The translations under genes and the position numbers were made by a program. Below the pieces are notes generated by a model. That model had not been told where the DNA came from. It did no database searches and saw nothing but the letters and a program-made list of their open reading frames with translations. This document shows, piece by piece, positions 1-9,387 of a stretch of 64,000 bases of DNA. This DNA is from an uncultured Actinomycetes bacterium (GTDB lineage: Bacteria > Actinomycetota > Acidimicrobiia > IMCC26256 > PALSA-555): positions 12,533 to 76,532 of the forward strand of contig CAIUKV010000008.1 in NCBI GenBank assembly GCA_903899845.1, read 5' to 3'. The number at the start of each line of letters is the position of its first letter. The stretch's first letter is position 1.

Positions 1-664
1 CGAGCTGGTTGACCTCGCAGCCCAGGCCGATCACGAGCACGCCGCCGGTGTTGGGGTGCGTCGCGTAGCCGCGCAGGGTGGCCCGGAGCCGGTCGATCTG
101 GTCGCCGGCGTCGGGAATGCCGCACCCGCTCTGGTGGCCGAGGGCCCACACGCCGTCGATGCCGGACGGAAGGTGGGGCCGGGCCTGGTCGGCGACAGCC
201 CGGGCGACCGTGGCCGAGCAGTTCACCGTGGGAAGGACCAGGAGGTGGTTGCGCGTGCCGACCCGCCCGTCGGCCCGGTGGTACCCGGAGAACGTGGCGT
301 CCGACCACGACGCATCGGTAGCGGTGCGCGGCGGTGCCGCGTCCGCCGCGGGACCGTCATGGACGAGGTCGGCGAGATCGGCGAGGTTCTCGAGGTTGTG
401 CACGTGGACGTGCGCACCGACCGCGATGCCATGCGTCGCGCGTCCGATCGCGTGCCCGCTCTTGTGCACCGACGATCCCGCGGCGACGGCCCGTACCGCG
501 ACCTTGTGGCCGGAGGGGACGGCGTCGACGAGGACCACACCGTCGCGGTCGCCGTCGCCGTCGCCGCTGCCGACGCGGTCGCCGGGCGCGAGGTCGCGCA
601 TCGCGATCAGCACGTCGTCGTCGGGGTGGAGGCGGATCGCGGCGGGACCGTCGTGGCCGGACAC
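1..664 (-). CDS. uxaA: Altronate/galactarate dehydratase family protein (UxaA-like), N-terminal part; the gene runs off the left edge
   Basis: My own translation of the minus strand from GTG at 664. It is absent from the ORF track because there is no stop in the window. It reads VSGHDGPAAIRLHPDDDVLIAMRDLAPGD (SAF-type N domain), then GYHRADGRVGTRNHLLVLPTVNCS...VIGLGCEVNQL, typical of UxaA/GarD dehydratases. Divergent from uxaC. Confidence 0.75.
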   Translation of the reverse strand, partial: MSGHDGPAAIRLHPDDDVLIAMRDLAPGDRVGSGDGDGDRDGVVLVDAVPSGHKVAVRAVAAGSSVHKSGHAIGRATHGIAVGAHVHVHNLENLADLADLVHDGPAADAAPPRTATDASWSDATFSGYHRADGRVGTRNHLLVLPTVNCSATVARAVADQARPHLPSGIDGVWALGHQSGCGIPDAGDQIDRLRATLRGYATHPNTGGVLVIGLGCEVNQL

Positions 665-670
665 GCCGGA

Positions 671-683
671 ACGGTACTACCGT
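671..683. promoter_or_regulatory. 13-bp palindrome ACGGTAcTACCGT in the 26-bp uxaA/uxaC divergent spacer; GT-N3-AC core resembles GntR-family (ExuR/UxuR-type) operators
   Basis: Read directly. It lies between the GTG of uxaA (664, minus) and the GTG of uxaC (691, plus). Confidence 0.35.
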
Positions 684-690
684 CCCGGCC

Positions 691-2118
691 GTGAGCCCGG
701 GGACCACCGCCACTGCACTCGACCTCCACCCGGACCGGCTGTTCCCCGCCGAGCCGACGGTCCGGTCGATCGCGCGTGAGCTCTACGCGGAGGTGGTCGA
801 CCTCCCGATCGTGTCGCCCCACGGGCACACCGACCCGGCCTGGTTCGCAGAGGACCGCCCGTTCGCCGACCCGACCACGCTGCTCGTGACCCCCGATCAC
901 TACCTCACCCGCATGCTGCACAGCCAAGGGGTACGGCTGGAGGACCTCGGGGTGCGGCCGCGCGACGGCGGACCGGTGGCCGAACCGCGCGACGCCTGGC
1001 GTACGTTCGCCGCGCACGCGCGCCTCTTCCGGGGCACCCCGTCGGGTCTGTGGCTCGACCACACCTTCGCCACCGTGTTCGGGTTCGACGTGCGGCTCGG
1101 CCCGGAGACCGCCGACCACTACTACGACGGCATCGCCGCAGCGCTGGCCAGCGACGGCTTCCGGCCGCGCGCGCTGTTCGAGCGCTTCGGCATCGAGGTG
1201 CTCGCCACCACGGAGTCGCCGCTCGACGACCTCGCCCACCACGACCGCCTCGCGACCGACGGCTGGAACGACCGCGTGATCACGACGTTCCGGCCCGATC
1301 CGGTGGTCGACCCCGACTTCGACGGCTACGTCGCGAACGTGGAGCGGCTGGGCGACATGACCGGCTGCGACGTCACCCGGTGGGACGGCTATCTCGACGC
1401 ACTCCGGCAGCGTCGCGCCGACTTCCGGGCACGCGGCGCCACCGCCACCGACCACGGGCACCCGAGCGCGGCCACCGCCGACCTCGACGTGCGGGAGTGC
1501 CAGCGCCTCCTCGACGGGGCGCGCGCAGGCACGCTCGACCCCGACGAGTCCGAGCATCTCCGGGGCCAGGTGCTGGTCGAGATGGCCGCGATGAGCCTCG
1601 ACGACGGCATGGTCCTGCAGCTGCACCCCGGCTCGCGCCGCAACCACAGCCCGCGGATCCTGGAGCGGTTCGGTCGCGACAAGGGCGCCGACATCCCGGG
1701 TCCCACCGACTACGTCGACGCCCTGCGTCCGCTGCTCGACCGCTTCGGGCTCGAGCCCGACCTCCGCATCATCCTGTTCACGCTCGACGAGTCGACCTAT
1801 GCCCGTGAGCTGGCGCCGCTCGCGGGCTTCTACCCGTGCCTCACGCTCGGTCCGCCGTGGTGGTTCTTCGACAGCGTCGAGGGCATGTGGCGGTTCCGCC
1901 GTGCGGTCACCGAGACCGCCGGCTTCGCCAACACGGCGGGCTTCAACGACGACACCCGCGCGTTCCTGTCGATCCCCGCGCGTCACGACGTCGCCCGCCG
2001 GGTCGACTGCGCGTACCTCGCCACGCTGGTCGCCGAGCACCGCCTCACCCCCGACGACGCCACCGAGCTGGCGGTCGACTGCGCCGTCGGCCTCGCCCGG
2101 CGCGCGTACCGGCTGTGA
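691..2118 (+). CDS. uxaC: Glucuronate (uronate) isomerase
   Basis: In the frame of ORF 334..2118. I moved the start to in-frame GTG 691 because the upstream part is Arg-rich shadow sequence. LDLHPDRLFPAEPTVRSIARELY...IVSPHGHTDP... matches the UxaC pattern along its whole length. Confidence 0.9.
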   Translation: MSPGTTATALDLHPDRLFPAEPTVRSIARELYAEVVDLPIVSPHGHTDPAWFAEDRPFADPTTLLVTPDHYLTRMLHSQGVRLEDLGVRPRDGGPVAEPRDAWRTFAAHARLFRGTPSGLWLDHTFATVFGFDVRLGPETADHYYDGIAAALASDGFRPRALFERFGIEVLATTESPLDDLAHHDRLATDGWNDRVITTFRPDPVVDPDFDGYVANVERLGDMTGCDVTRWDGYLDALRQRRADFRARGATATDHGHPSAATADLDVRECQRLLDGARAGTLDPDESEHLRGQVLVEMAAMSLDDGMVLQLHPGSRRNHSPRILERFGRDKGADIPGPTDYVDALRPLLDRFGLEPDLRIILFTLDESTYARELAPLAGFYPCLTLGPPWWFFDSVEGMWRFRRAVTETAGFANTAGFNDDTRAFLSIPARHDVARRVDCAYLATLVAEHRLTPDDATELAVDCAVGLARRAYRL

Positions 2119-2122
2119 GCCG

Positions 2123-3502
2123 ATGGTGAGCACCTCGGTCCCGTACGACCGCACCGCGCTCAGCACCGCGGTCGTCCACCTCGGGCTCGGCGCGTTCAGC
2201 CGGGCCCACGTGTGCACGTACCTCGACGATCTCGCGGTCGCCGGCGCGCGCGACGTGGGGGTGCTGGGATCGTCGATGACCTCCGAACGGGTCCCCGACG
2301 CGCTCGCGCCGCAGGCGGGCCGCTACACGCTGGTGGAGGCGTCGGCGGCGGGCCGCCACCTCCGCCCCATCGGTGTGCTCACCCACGTGGTCGGGCCTTC
2401 CCGTCGTGGCCAGGTGCTCGCTGCGCTCGCCGCACCGACCACCACCCTCGTCACCACCACCGTGACGGAGAAGGCCTACGGCTTCGACCCGGTCACCCGC
2501 CACCTCGACCCGACCCACCCCACCGTCGCCCACGACCTCACCGATCCCGCGGCACCGATCGGGGTGGTGGGGATCCTGGTGGCCGGGCTCGCGGCCCGCC
2601 GCGCCGCCGGGGCCGGACCACTGACGGTCGCGTGCTGCGACAACGTGGCCGCCAACGGACGGATGCTCGCGTCGCTGGTCGGCGAGCTGGCCGAGCGGGT
2701 CGACCCCGACACGGCGCGGTGGATCGGCGACCACGTTGCGTTCCCCGACTCGATGGTCGACCGCATCGTGCCCGCCACCACCGACGCGCTGCGCACCGAG
2801 GTGGCGGCCGCGGGGTTCGACGACCCCTGGCCCGTGATCGCCGAGCCGTTCCGCCAGTGGGTGCTCGAGGACCGCCTCGCCCCGGGTGTGCCGCCGCTCA
2901 CCGAGGCCGGCGTGACCTGCACCTCCGACGTCGCCGCGTGGGAGCGCATGAAGCTGCGGGTGCTCAACGGCCTGCACTCCGCGAGCGCCTACCTCGGGCT
3001 GCGCCTCGGGTACTCGACCATCGACGAGGTGGTGGCCGATCCCGTCGCCGGGCCGCTCCTCGACGCGCTGGAGGCGGAGATCCTCGCGGTGCTCGAGCCG
3101 CCGGCCGGGGAGGACGCGCGCGCGTACGCCGCGACGGTGCGTCACCGGTTCGCCAACCCGGCCGTGGGACACCGGTGCCGCCAGATCGCCATGGACGGCT
3201 CGGTCAAGCTCCCCCAGCGCATCCTCCCGACGGTCGCGGCGGCGCTCGACGCCGACGCATCGGTCGACGCGCTGGCCCGGGTGCTCGCCTGGTGGGTCGG
3301 CCACCTGCGGCGGACACCCGCAGGGGACCTCGAGGACCCGCGGGCCGACGAGCTGGCGGCGCTGGTGCAGGCCCACCGGGCCGGCGCCGACGTCGCCGGT
3401 GCTCTGATGGCGCTGGAGGGCTTCGCGTCGCCGCGCGTGCAGCACGACCTCGGGTGGCGGGCCACACTCGCCGCGGCGATCGACGCGGAGGGCACACCGT
3501 GA
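2123..3502 (+). CDS. Mannitol dehydrogenase family oxidoreductase, likely tagaturonate/fructuronate reductase
   Basis: ATG 2123 lies 4 nt after the uxaC stop. Family motifs: VHLGLGAFSRAH, TVTEKAY, CCDNVAANG, FPDSMVDRIVP, KLRVLNGLHSA. Sits inside the hexuronate operon. Confidence 0.8.
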   Translation: MVSTSVPYDRTALSTAVVHLGLGAFSRAHVCTYLDDLAVAGARDVGVLGSSMTSERVPDALAPQAGRYTLVEASAAGRHLRPIGVLTHVVGPSRRGQVLAALAAPTTTLVTTTVTEKAYGFDPVTRHLDPTHPTVAHDLTDPAAPIGVVGILVAGLAARRAAGAGPLTVACCDNVAANGRMLASLVGELAERVDPDTARWIGDHVAFPDSMVDRIVPATTDALRTEVAAAGFDDPWPVIAEPFRQWVLEDRLAPGVPPLTEAGVTCTSDVAAWERMKLRVLNGLHSASAYLGLRLGYSTIDEVVADPVAGPLLDALEAEILAVLEPPAGEDARAYAATVRHRFANPAVGHRCRQIAMDGSVKLPQRILPTVAAALDADASVDALARVLAWWVGHLRRTPAGDLEDPRADELAALVQAHRAGADVAGALMALEGFASPRVQHDLGWRATLAAAIDAEGTP

Positions 3503-4131
3503 TCGCCCCGCTGCCCGGGGCGGTGCTGGCGGCGCGACTGCTCCCGCTCGTCGACCACCCCGATCCCGAGGTCGTCGTCGCAGCCACGCGGGCGGCCGTC
3601 GCCGCCGGTGCGCCGACCGTCGAGGTCGGTCTGCGCCACGCAGACAGCATCGAGGCCCTCCGACGCGCGTCCGCGGCGGTCGCCGTCCCCGTGGGCGCCG
3701 GCACCGTGGTCGATCCGGCGCAGGCCGCCGCGGCCCGCGACGCCGGCGCCGCCTACCTCGTGAGCCCCGGGTCGTCGCCGGCCCTGGCCGATGCCGTGAC
3801 CGCGACCGGGCTGCCCTGGCTCCCGGGCGCCGCGACCCCGACCGAGGTGCTGGCCCTGCGGGCTGCCGGCGCGGTGATGGTCAAGGTGTTCCCCGCCGCA
3901 ACGCTCGGCGGCCCGGCCCACCTACGGGCCCTGGCGTCGGTCGCGGCCGGCGTGCGCTTCGTGCCCACCGGCGGCATCACCGAGGCCGACGTGGCCGACT
4001 ACCTCGCGGTGGGCGCGGTCGTCGCGGTGGGAGGCAGCTGGATGTTCCCCCGCCACGCCACGGCCGACACCGACTGGACCGGCGTCGAGGCCGCGGTGCG
4101 CACGGCGCTCGCGCGCACCCGACCCACGTGA
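3499..4131 (+). CDS. eda: 2-dehydro-3-deoxyphosphogluconate (KDPG) aldolase
   Basis: GTG 3499 overlaps the upstream stop (GTGA). Aldolase pattern: EVGLR, GAGTVVDPAQA, VSPG, LPGAATPTE, VKVFPA, FVPTGGI. Confidence 0.85.
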   Translation: MIAPLPGAVLAARLLPLVDHPDPEVVVAATRAAVAAGAPTVEVGLRHADSIEALRRASAAVAVPVGAGTVVDPAQAAAARDAGAAYLVSPGSSPALADAVTATGLPWLPGAATPTEVLALRAAGAVMVKVFPAATLGGPAHLRALASVAAGVRFVPTGGITEADVADYLAVGAVVAVGGSWMFPRHATADTDWTGVEAAVRTALARTRPT

Positions 4132-5015
4132 GCGCGCCGCCGACCGTGCTGGTCGTCGGCGAGCCCCTCGCCGAGCTGCGGGCCCGCGCCGACGGTGCCC
4201 TCGACGTGGGGTACTCGGGCGACGCGCTCAACCTCGCGGTGCGGTGTGCCCGGGGCGGCGCCACAGTCGAGCTGGCCACCGGAGTGGGCGACGACCGCTT
4301 CAGCCGGGCCCTGCTCGACCTCCTCGGCGCCGAGGGGGTGTCGCGTCGGCTCGTGCACTGCGAACCCCACGGCGCGCTCGGGTGCTACCTCGTCGAGGTC
4401 GACGGCACCGGGGAGCGTCACTTCACGTACTGGCGGTCGGCGAGCCCGGCCCGGCGGCTGGTCGACGCGCTCGGCCCCGCCGCGCTGGCCGAGGCGGCCG
4501 CCACCGCCGATGTCGTGATGGTGAGCGGGGTCACCCTGGCCGTGCTCGACGACCCGCAGCGCACCGCGCTGATCGAGGTGCTGACCCACGCCGCGAGGCA
4601 GGGCACGCGCGTGGTGCTCGATCCCAACGTCCGGCCGCGCCTGTGGGGTTCGACGGAGGAAGCCGCGCGCTGGGTCGACGCCGCGGTGAGCGCCGCGACG
4701 GTGGTGCTGGCCTCGACACAGGATCTCGCGTTGCTGGACGCTGTCGCCGCCGAGTGGGCGACGCAGGTCGCAGAGCTGGTGGTGACCGACGGCGCCGCGC
4801 CGTCGCGGTGGTGGGCCGGGTCGGCCGCGGGAACGGTGCCGGTCGAGCCCGTCGGCGCGGTCGACACCACGGGTGCGGGCGACGCGTTCGACGCCGCCTA
4901 CGTGCTCGCGCGCGTCGAAGGCGCCACGGTGCCCGAGGCCGTCACGGCCGGGCACGCCGCGGCGCGCGACGCGGTCGGCCACCCCGGCGGTCTGCGGTGG
5001 CCCGACCGGCCCTGA
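4128..5015 (+). CDS. kdgK: 2-dehydro-3-deoxygluconokinase (PfkB family)
   Basis: GTG 4128 overlaps the eda stop (GTGA). Ribokinase-family layout with the C-terminal DTTGAGDAFDAAY motif. Confidence 0.85.
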   Translation: MSAPPTVLVVGEPLAELRARADGALDVGYSGDALNLAVRCARGGATVELATGVGDDRFSRALLDLLGAEGVSRRLVHCEPHGALGCYLVEVDGTGERHFTYWRSASPARRLVDALGPAALAEAAATADVVMVSGVTLAVLDDPQRTALIEVLTHAARQGTRVVLDPNVRPRLWGSTEEAARWVDAAVSAATVVLASTQDLALLDAVAAEWATQVAELVVTDGAAPSRWWAGSAAGTVPVEPVGAVDTTGAGDAFDAAYVLARVEGATVPEAVTAGHAAARDAVGHPGGLRWPDRP

Positions 5016-5043
5016 CGCCGAACCCCGGTCCTCGGTGCACACC

Positions 5044-5049
5044 TAGGCT
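5044..5049 (+). promoter_or_regulatory. Candidate -10 hexamer TAGGCT placed 6 nt before GTG 5056 (possible leaderless transcript)
   Basis: Fits the TAnnnT pattern typical of actinobacterial -10 boxes. There is no Shine-Dalgarno sequence between it and the start codon. Confidence 0.3.
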
Positions 5050-5055
5050 CCCGAC

Positions 5056-6240
5056 GTGCGCGCGATCCAGTTCGACCTGGCCGACCCCGAGCACCCCGCG
5101 TCCCTGGTGGAGGTCGACGAGCCTGCCCTCCCCCGCGGCGACTGGGCCCGGGTCGCGGTGACCGGCTGCGGCATCTGCGGCAGCGATCTCCACCTGTTCT
5201 CCGACAACATGGGCCACGCCCCCGCCCTCGGCGCGTCGATGGCCTCCCACGCGTTCCCGTTCGTGCTCGGCCACGAGCTGGCCGGCGTCGTCGTGGAAGC
5301 CGGGCCCGACTGTCGGGTTGCCGTCGGCACGCGGGTGGCGGTGCTGCCCGACATCAACTGCGAGGCGCGCGGGATCGACCCGCCCTGTCGGCCCTGCGCG
5401 AACGGCTGGGCGTCGGGGTGTCACAACGCGGGCAGTGGCGTGCTCACCCCCGGCAGCGCGCTCGGCTTCACGAGCGGGCTCGGCGGCGGCTGGGCCGAGC
5501 AGGCCGTGGCCCACGAGTCAATGCTGTTCCCACTGCCCGACTCGGTGGGCGACGATGCCGCACCCCTCCACGAGCCGGTGTCGATCGCCGTGCACGGGCT
5601 CCTGCGCGCGCCACCCGCCGACGGGGACCCTGTCCTCGTGATCGGGGCCGCGGCGATCGGCCTGGCCACGGTCGCCGCCCTCAAGGCGCTGGTCCCGGCC
5701 TCGCCGGTCACCGTGCTCGCCCGCCACGACGCACAGGCCGCGGCCGCGAGCGCGGTCGGGGCCGATCGGGTGGTCCGCGCGTGCGACGACCGGACCCACT
5801 TCGAGGAGCTCGCCGCGGACACCGGCGCGCGCCTCACCGGCACCGGCGAGGCGGCCATGCTCACCGGCGGCTACCCGTACGTCGTCGACGCCGTGGGCTA
5901 CCCCGGCACCGTCACCGACGCGCTCCGGGTGGTCGACACCCGGGGCACCGTGCTCCTGCTCGGCGCGGCCGCCATCGGCGAGTACGACCTCTCACCGCTG
6001 TGGTGGAAGGAATGCGCGGTCGTGGGCGCGGTCCGCCACTCGACCGACCCCGGGCTCGGAGGAGGCCCGGTCCGCAGCTCGGTCGCCCGCGCCGTCGAGA
6101 TCCTCGCCGCCGGCCTGCTCCCCGCCGAGGCCGTCGTCACCCACGAGTTCGCGCTCGAGAACCACCGCGAGGCGATCCGCACCGCGCTCGACCGCAGGTC
6201 GGGCGCGCTCAAGGTGGTCTTCCGACCCGGCCTCGCTTGA
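5056..6240 (+). CDS. Zinc-dependent alcohol/polyol dehydrogenase (MDR family)
   Basis: VTGCGICGSDLHLF zinc motif, GHELAG, Rossmann segment VLVIGAAAIGLA; 394 aa. Confidence 0.85.
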   Translation: MRAIQFDLADPEHPASLVEVDEPALPRGDWARVAVTGCGICGSDLHLFSDNMGHAPALGASMASHAFPFVLGHELAGVVVEAGPDCRVAVGTRVAVLPDINCEARGIDPPCRPCANGWASGCHNAGSGVLTPGSALGFTSGLGGGWAEQAVAHESMLFPLPDSVGDDAAPLHEPVSIAVHGLLRAPPADGDPVLVIGAAAIGLATVAALKALVPASPVTVLARHDAQAAAASAVGADRVVRACDDRTHFEELAADTGARLTGTGEAAMLTGGYPYVVDAVGYPGTVTDALRVVDTRGTVLLLGAAAIGEYDLSPLWWKECAVVGAVRHSTDPGLGGGPVRSSVARAVEILAAGLLPAEAVVTHEFALENHREAIRTALDRRSGALKVVFRPGLA

Positions 6241-6253
6241 GCGCAGCGTCGCG

Positions 6254-7735
6254 TCACCCGGCGGCGGGGAGCACGACGAAGGCGATCGTCAGCGGCTCGA
6301 GGACCACGGTGGGTCCGGTGACGGGGGTTCCCGACAGGTCGGGGAGCGCGCCGTCGGTGCCGAGGCGCAGCGGGGTGCCGTCGAGCCGGAGCTCCTGCGA
6401 CGAGAGATCGTCGGCGTCGAGACGCCAGCACCGGCCGCCGGACGGGTCGGTGTCCCCGAAGCCGACGACGAAGGGGTGCTCGGAGCGGTTCGCCGCGACC
6501 ACGGTGATGCCGGTGCCGGGTGCGGGAGCGCGGTGCGCGAACACGTCGAGGAGCGCCGGGCTCCCGCCGTCGGCGCGGGAGACGTTGACGTCGAGGACCT
6601 CGGATCCGACGAGGCGCCGCCACAGGACGTCGATCCACCAGTCGGGGTTGGGCTCGAGGTCGGGCTCTCGGAGGAGCGCGTAGTCGGCACCCGAGAGGTT
6701 CCAGCGCACCACGGCCTCGCTGCCGAGACGAGCCACCCGTCCCAGCTCGTGCACCCACCAGAACGACGCGCGGACGGTGTCGGACAGGCCGGGCTGTCCG
6801 CCGCACTGCGCGTTGCCCGTCTCCTGCAGCCAGATCGCAGCCTGCGGCGCGTGGCGGTCGCGCAGCGTCCGGACGGTGGCCTGGTGGGTCTCGACCTCGT
6901 CGAGGAACTCGTCGGTGAGGGCCTGCGCCGCAGTGGCGGGCCGCACGGTGACCGGGCAGCGTTCCGACTGTTGCGGGTAGTAGTGCCAGGTCACGACGTC
7001 GAGCACGTCGCCGGCCCCGGCGAGAACCGCCTCCATCACGGGCACCATCTCGCCGACCGTGGGCCAGTAGGCGGCGGCCGGTCCCAGCACGAGCGCGCCC
7101 GGATGGAGCTCCCGCACGAGGTCGGCGAACACGCGGTAGTCGGCGGCGAGCTGCTCGGGGGCCGGACCGCCGTAGTTGAAGGCGAAGTAGTTGGGCTCGT
7201 TGCCGAGCGACCAGCCCGCGATCGGGTCGCCGTTGGCGACGGCGCGCGTGATGAGCGCGCGTGTCGGCTCCGGGTCCCACGAACCGTCGGACCGGCGGTG
7301 GGTGGCGTTCGCCGTGAACAGCACCCGATAGCCCGTGTCGCGTGCAAGGCGCATGGCCGCGTCCCACTGGGCGTCGGTGAGCACCGCGCGGCCTCCCGCG
7401 GGATCGGCCCCCGCGGCCTCGTACGCGAGCTGGTCGGACTCGGTGCCGCCGAGACGCAGGTACCCGGGTCCGAACCCCTGCAGCATCCGGACCAGCGCCG
7501 GCCGACCGAAGTCGTAGGGCTCCATGCGCGCGCTTCCCCCGGTGGCGGCGCCGTCGTCGGGCCCGCCGCCCTCGGGGTCCCAGAACTTGGTGCCTGCGAC
7601 CTGGCCCAGGTCGAGACCAACCGAGAGGAACCGGTCGTCGAGCCGCGCGACGACGGTGGATCCGATGTGCAGTTCGACGCGGACGGGCCCCGTCCGGTCG
7701 GACGCCCCCGATCCCGAGTCCTCGGACCGACTCAC
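6254..7735 (-). CDS. Glycoside hydrolase family 79-like protein (beta-glucuronidase/heparanase type)
   Basis: WSLGNEPNYF (acid/base Glu context) and WLQETGNAQCGG (nucleophile Glu context) match heparanase/GH79 motifs. The ORF track starts it at 7768. In-frame GTG 7735 gives a GTGA overlap with the upstream stop, so I prefer it. No signal peptide is seen. Confidence 0.7.
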   Translation of the reverse strand: MSRSEDSGSGASDRTGPVRVELHIGSTVVARLDDRFLSVGLDLGQVAGTKFWDPEGGGPDDGAATGGSARMEPYDFGRPALVRMLQGFGPGYLRLGGTESDQLAYEAAGADPAGGRAVLTDAQWDAAMRLARDTGYRVLFTANATHRRSDGSWDPEPTRALITRAVANGDPIAGWSLGNEPNYFAFNYGGPAPEQLAADYRVFADLVRELHPGALVLGPAAAYWPTVGEMVPVMEAVLAGAGDVLDVVTWHYYPQQSERCPVTVRPATAAQALTDEFLDEVETHQATVRTLRDRHAPQAAIWLQETGNAQCGGQPGLSDTVRASFWWVHELGRVARLGSEAVVRWNLSGADYALLREPDLEPNPDWWIDVLWRRLVGSEVLDVNVSRADGGSPALLDVFAHRAPAPGTGITVVAANRSEHPFVVGFGDTDPSGGRCWRLDADDLSSQELRLDGTPLRLGTDGALPDLSGTPVTGPTVVLEPLTIAFVVLPAAG

Positions 7736-8931
7736 GATGCGCCGCGCTCGAGGATGTGGACGACGCACACGGAGCCGAGGCCGATGACGTGGGTGAGCCC
7801 CACCCGGGCGCCCTCGATCTGGCGGTCGCCGGCCTCGCCCCGCAGGTGGGTGGCCACCTCGTAGAGGTTGGCCACGCCGGTCGCGCCGATCGGGTGGCCC
7901 TTCGAGATGAGGCCGCCGCTCACGTTGACCGGGAGCTCACCGTCGCGCCACGGGGCGCGGCGGTCGATCCACTCCCCGGCGCCACCCGGCGCGCACAGAC
8001 GGAGGTTGTCGTAGTGGACCAGCTCCGCAGTGGCGAAGCAGTCGTGCAGCTCGACGAGGTCGAGGTCCTCGGGCCCGATGCCGGCCCGCTCATAGGCCTG
8101 GTCGGCGGCGTTGCGGGTGAGCGTGTTGACGTCCGGATGGGCGAAGCCGCTGGGGTCGTAGGGGTCGGTGGTCATCACCGCGGCCGAGAGCTTCACCGCG
8201 CGCCGCCGCACGTCGGGATCGAGCGTGCGCAGCTTCGCGTCGGACACCAGCACCACTGCGGCCGCGCCGTCACCGGTCGGACAGCACATCGGGAGCGTGT
8301 TCGGGTACGCGAGCATCTCCGCGCTCATGATCTCCTCGAGGCTGTAGGGCCGCTGGTACTGCGCGAGCGGGTTCAGCGTCGAGTGGGCGTGGTTCTTCTC
8401 GGCAACCTTGGCGAACTGCTCGAAACCGACCCCGTCGTGACGGCGCGCGTAGTCGGTCCCGGTCTGCGCGAACACGCCGAACATCTGCCCCGTGCCGAGC
8501 ACGCCCTCGGTGGCGATCACATGACCGTCGCGGCCCTCGGGCTCGAAGACCTTCCCGGCCTTGGGAGGGGCCATGCGGTAGGGCGGTGAGCTGCCCGTCA
8601 TCTTCTCGACGCCGAGCGCCAGCCCCATGTCGGCCTCGCCGGCCCGGATCTCCATGAGCACCGACCGCACCGCAGTGGCGCCGGTCGCGCACGCGTTGTG
8701 CACGTTGTAGAGCGGGATGCCCGTCTGACCGATCTGCTTCTGCACGTCCTGGCCGAAGGTGTACGGCTCGAACTGGCTCCCGACCGCCATGACCTGCATG
8801 TCGCGCATGGTCACGCCGGCGTCGTCGAGCGCGCCGAGGCTTGCTTCGGTGGCGAGGTCGAGGACGTCGCGGTCGAGGTGCCGCCGGATCGGCGTCATCG
8901 CCGTGCCGATGATCCAGATGTCGTCACTCAT
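7732..8931 (-). CDS. Thiolase-like lipid-transfer protein (SCP-x/Ltp type, non-acetoacetyl thiolase)
   Basis: MSDDIWIIGTAMTPI..., NVHNACATGATA (active-site Cys context), C-terminal GGLISKGHPIGATG. Preceded by a DUF35 partner gene. Confidence 0.85.
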   Translation of the reverse strand: MSDDIWIIGTAMTPIRRHLDRDVLDLATEASLGALDDAGVTMRDMQVMAVGSQFEPYTFGQDVQKQIGQTGIPLYNVHNACATGATAVRSVLMEIRAGEADMGLALGVEKMTGSSPPYRMAPPKAGKVFEPEGRDGHVIATEGVLGTGQMFGVFAQTGTDYARRHDGVGFEQFAKVAEKNHAHSTLNPLAQYQRPYSLEEIMSAEMLAYPNTLPMCCPTGDGAAAVVLVSDAKLRTLDPDVRRRAVKLSAAVMTTDPYDPSGFAHPDVNTLTRNAADQAYERAGIGPEDLDLVELHDCFATAELVHYDNLRLCAPGGAGEWIDRRAPWRDGELPVNVSGGLISKGHPIGATGVANLYEVATHLRGEAGDRQIEGARVGLTHVIGLGSVCVVHILERGAS

Positions 8932-8940
8932 CGCGTGCTC

Positions 8941-9387
8941 CTACCCCTGTGCCGGCGCGGTCGTCTCGTCGTACGCGAAGCCGAACGCGATCACCTCGGT
9001 GCCGTCGTCGTCGGTGCCCGCCGCGTAGGTCACCAAACGCACCGACACGTCGACCTCGACGGCGTCGGCGGCGGGTGGCACCCCCACCAGGTTCGCCTTC
9101 ACGTACGTGCCGTCGTCGAGCCGCACGAGCACCGAGACGAAGGGCCCGATGTGCTTCGGCGCCCCCCGGTGGACGATCGTGAACGACTCGATCCGGCCGG
9201 TGGCGGGCAGCGGCGTCGGCGAGAACGTACGCGCCCCGCAGGCGGCGCACGCGTTTCGCCGTTCGAGATAGACCGCCCCGCACTCGTCGCAACGGTGGCC
9301 CACGAGATGTGGTGGACCGTCATCGATCACGAGGTAGTCGACGACCGGTACCTGTCGAGTCATGGCCGGATCGTAGATCGCGTCCAT
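8941..9387 (-). CDS. DUF35 OB-fold / zinc-ribbon protein (partner of Ltp thiolase-like enzymes)
   Basis: CDECGAVYLERRNACAACG rubredoxin-like ribbon followed by an OB-fold segment. ATG 9387 overlaps the upstream stop by 1 nt (TGATG). Alternative ATG at 9363. Confidence 0.8.
   Translation of the reverse strand: MDAIYDPAMTRQVPVVDYLVIDDGPPHLVGHRCDECGAVYLERRNACAACGARTFSPTPLPATGRIESFTIVHRGAPKHIGPFVSVLVRLDDGTYVKANLVGVPPAADAVEVDVSVRLVTYAAGTDDDGTEVIAFGFAYDETTAPAQG

Noticed and set aside
607-2217. 536-aa ORF antisense to uxaC, and many similar long ORFs in the track (e.g. 2045..3445, 5898..7367, 6476..7864, 14476..17217, 25586..28747, 34200..36413, 35837..37972, 39388..42525)
   Set aside because: These are shadow ORFs, which are expected at this GC content. 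Their translations are dominated by Arg/Pro/Gly/Ala and match no family. Each overlaps a gene on another frame or strand that has clear family motifs.
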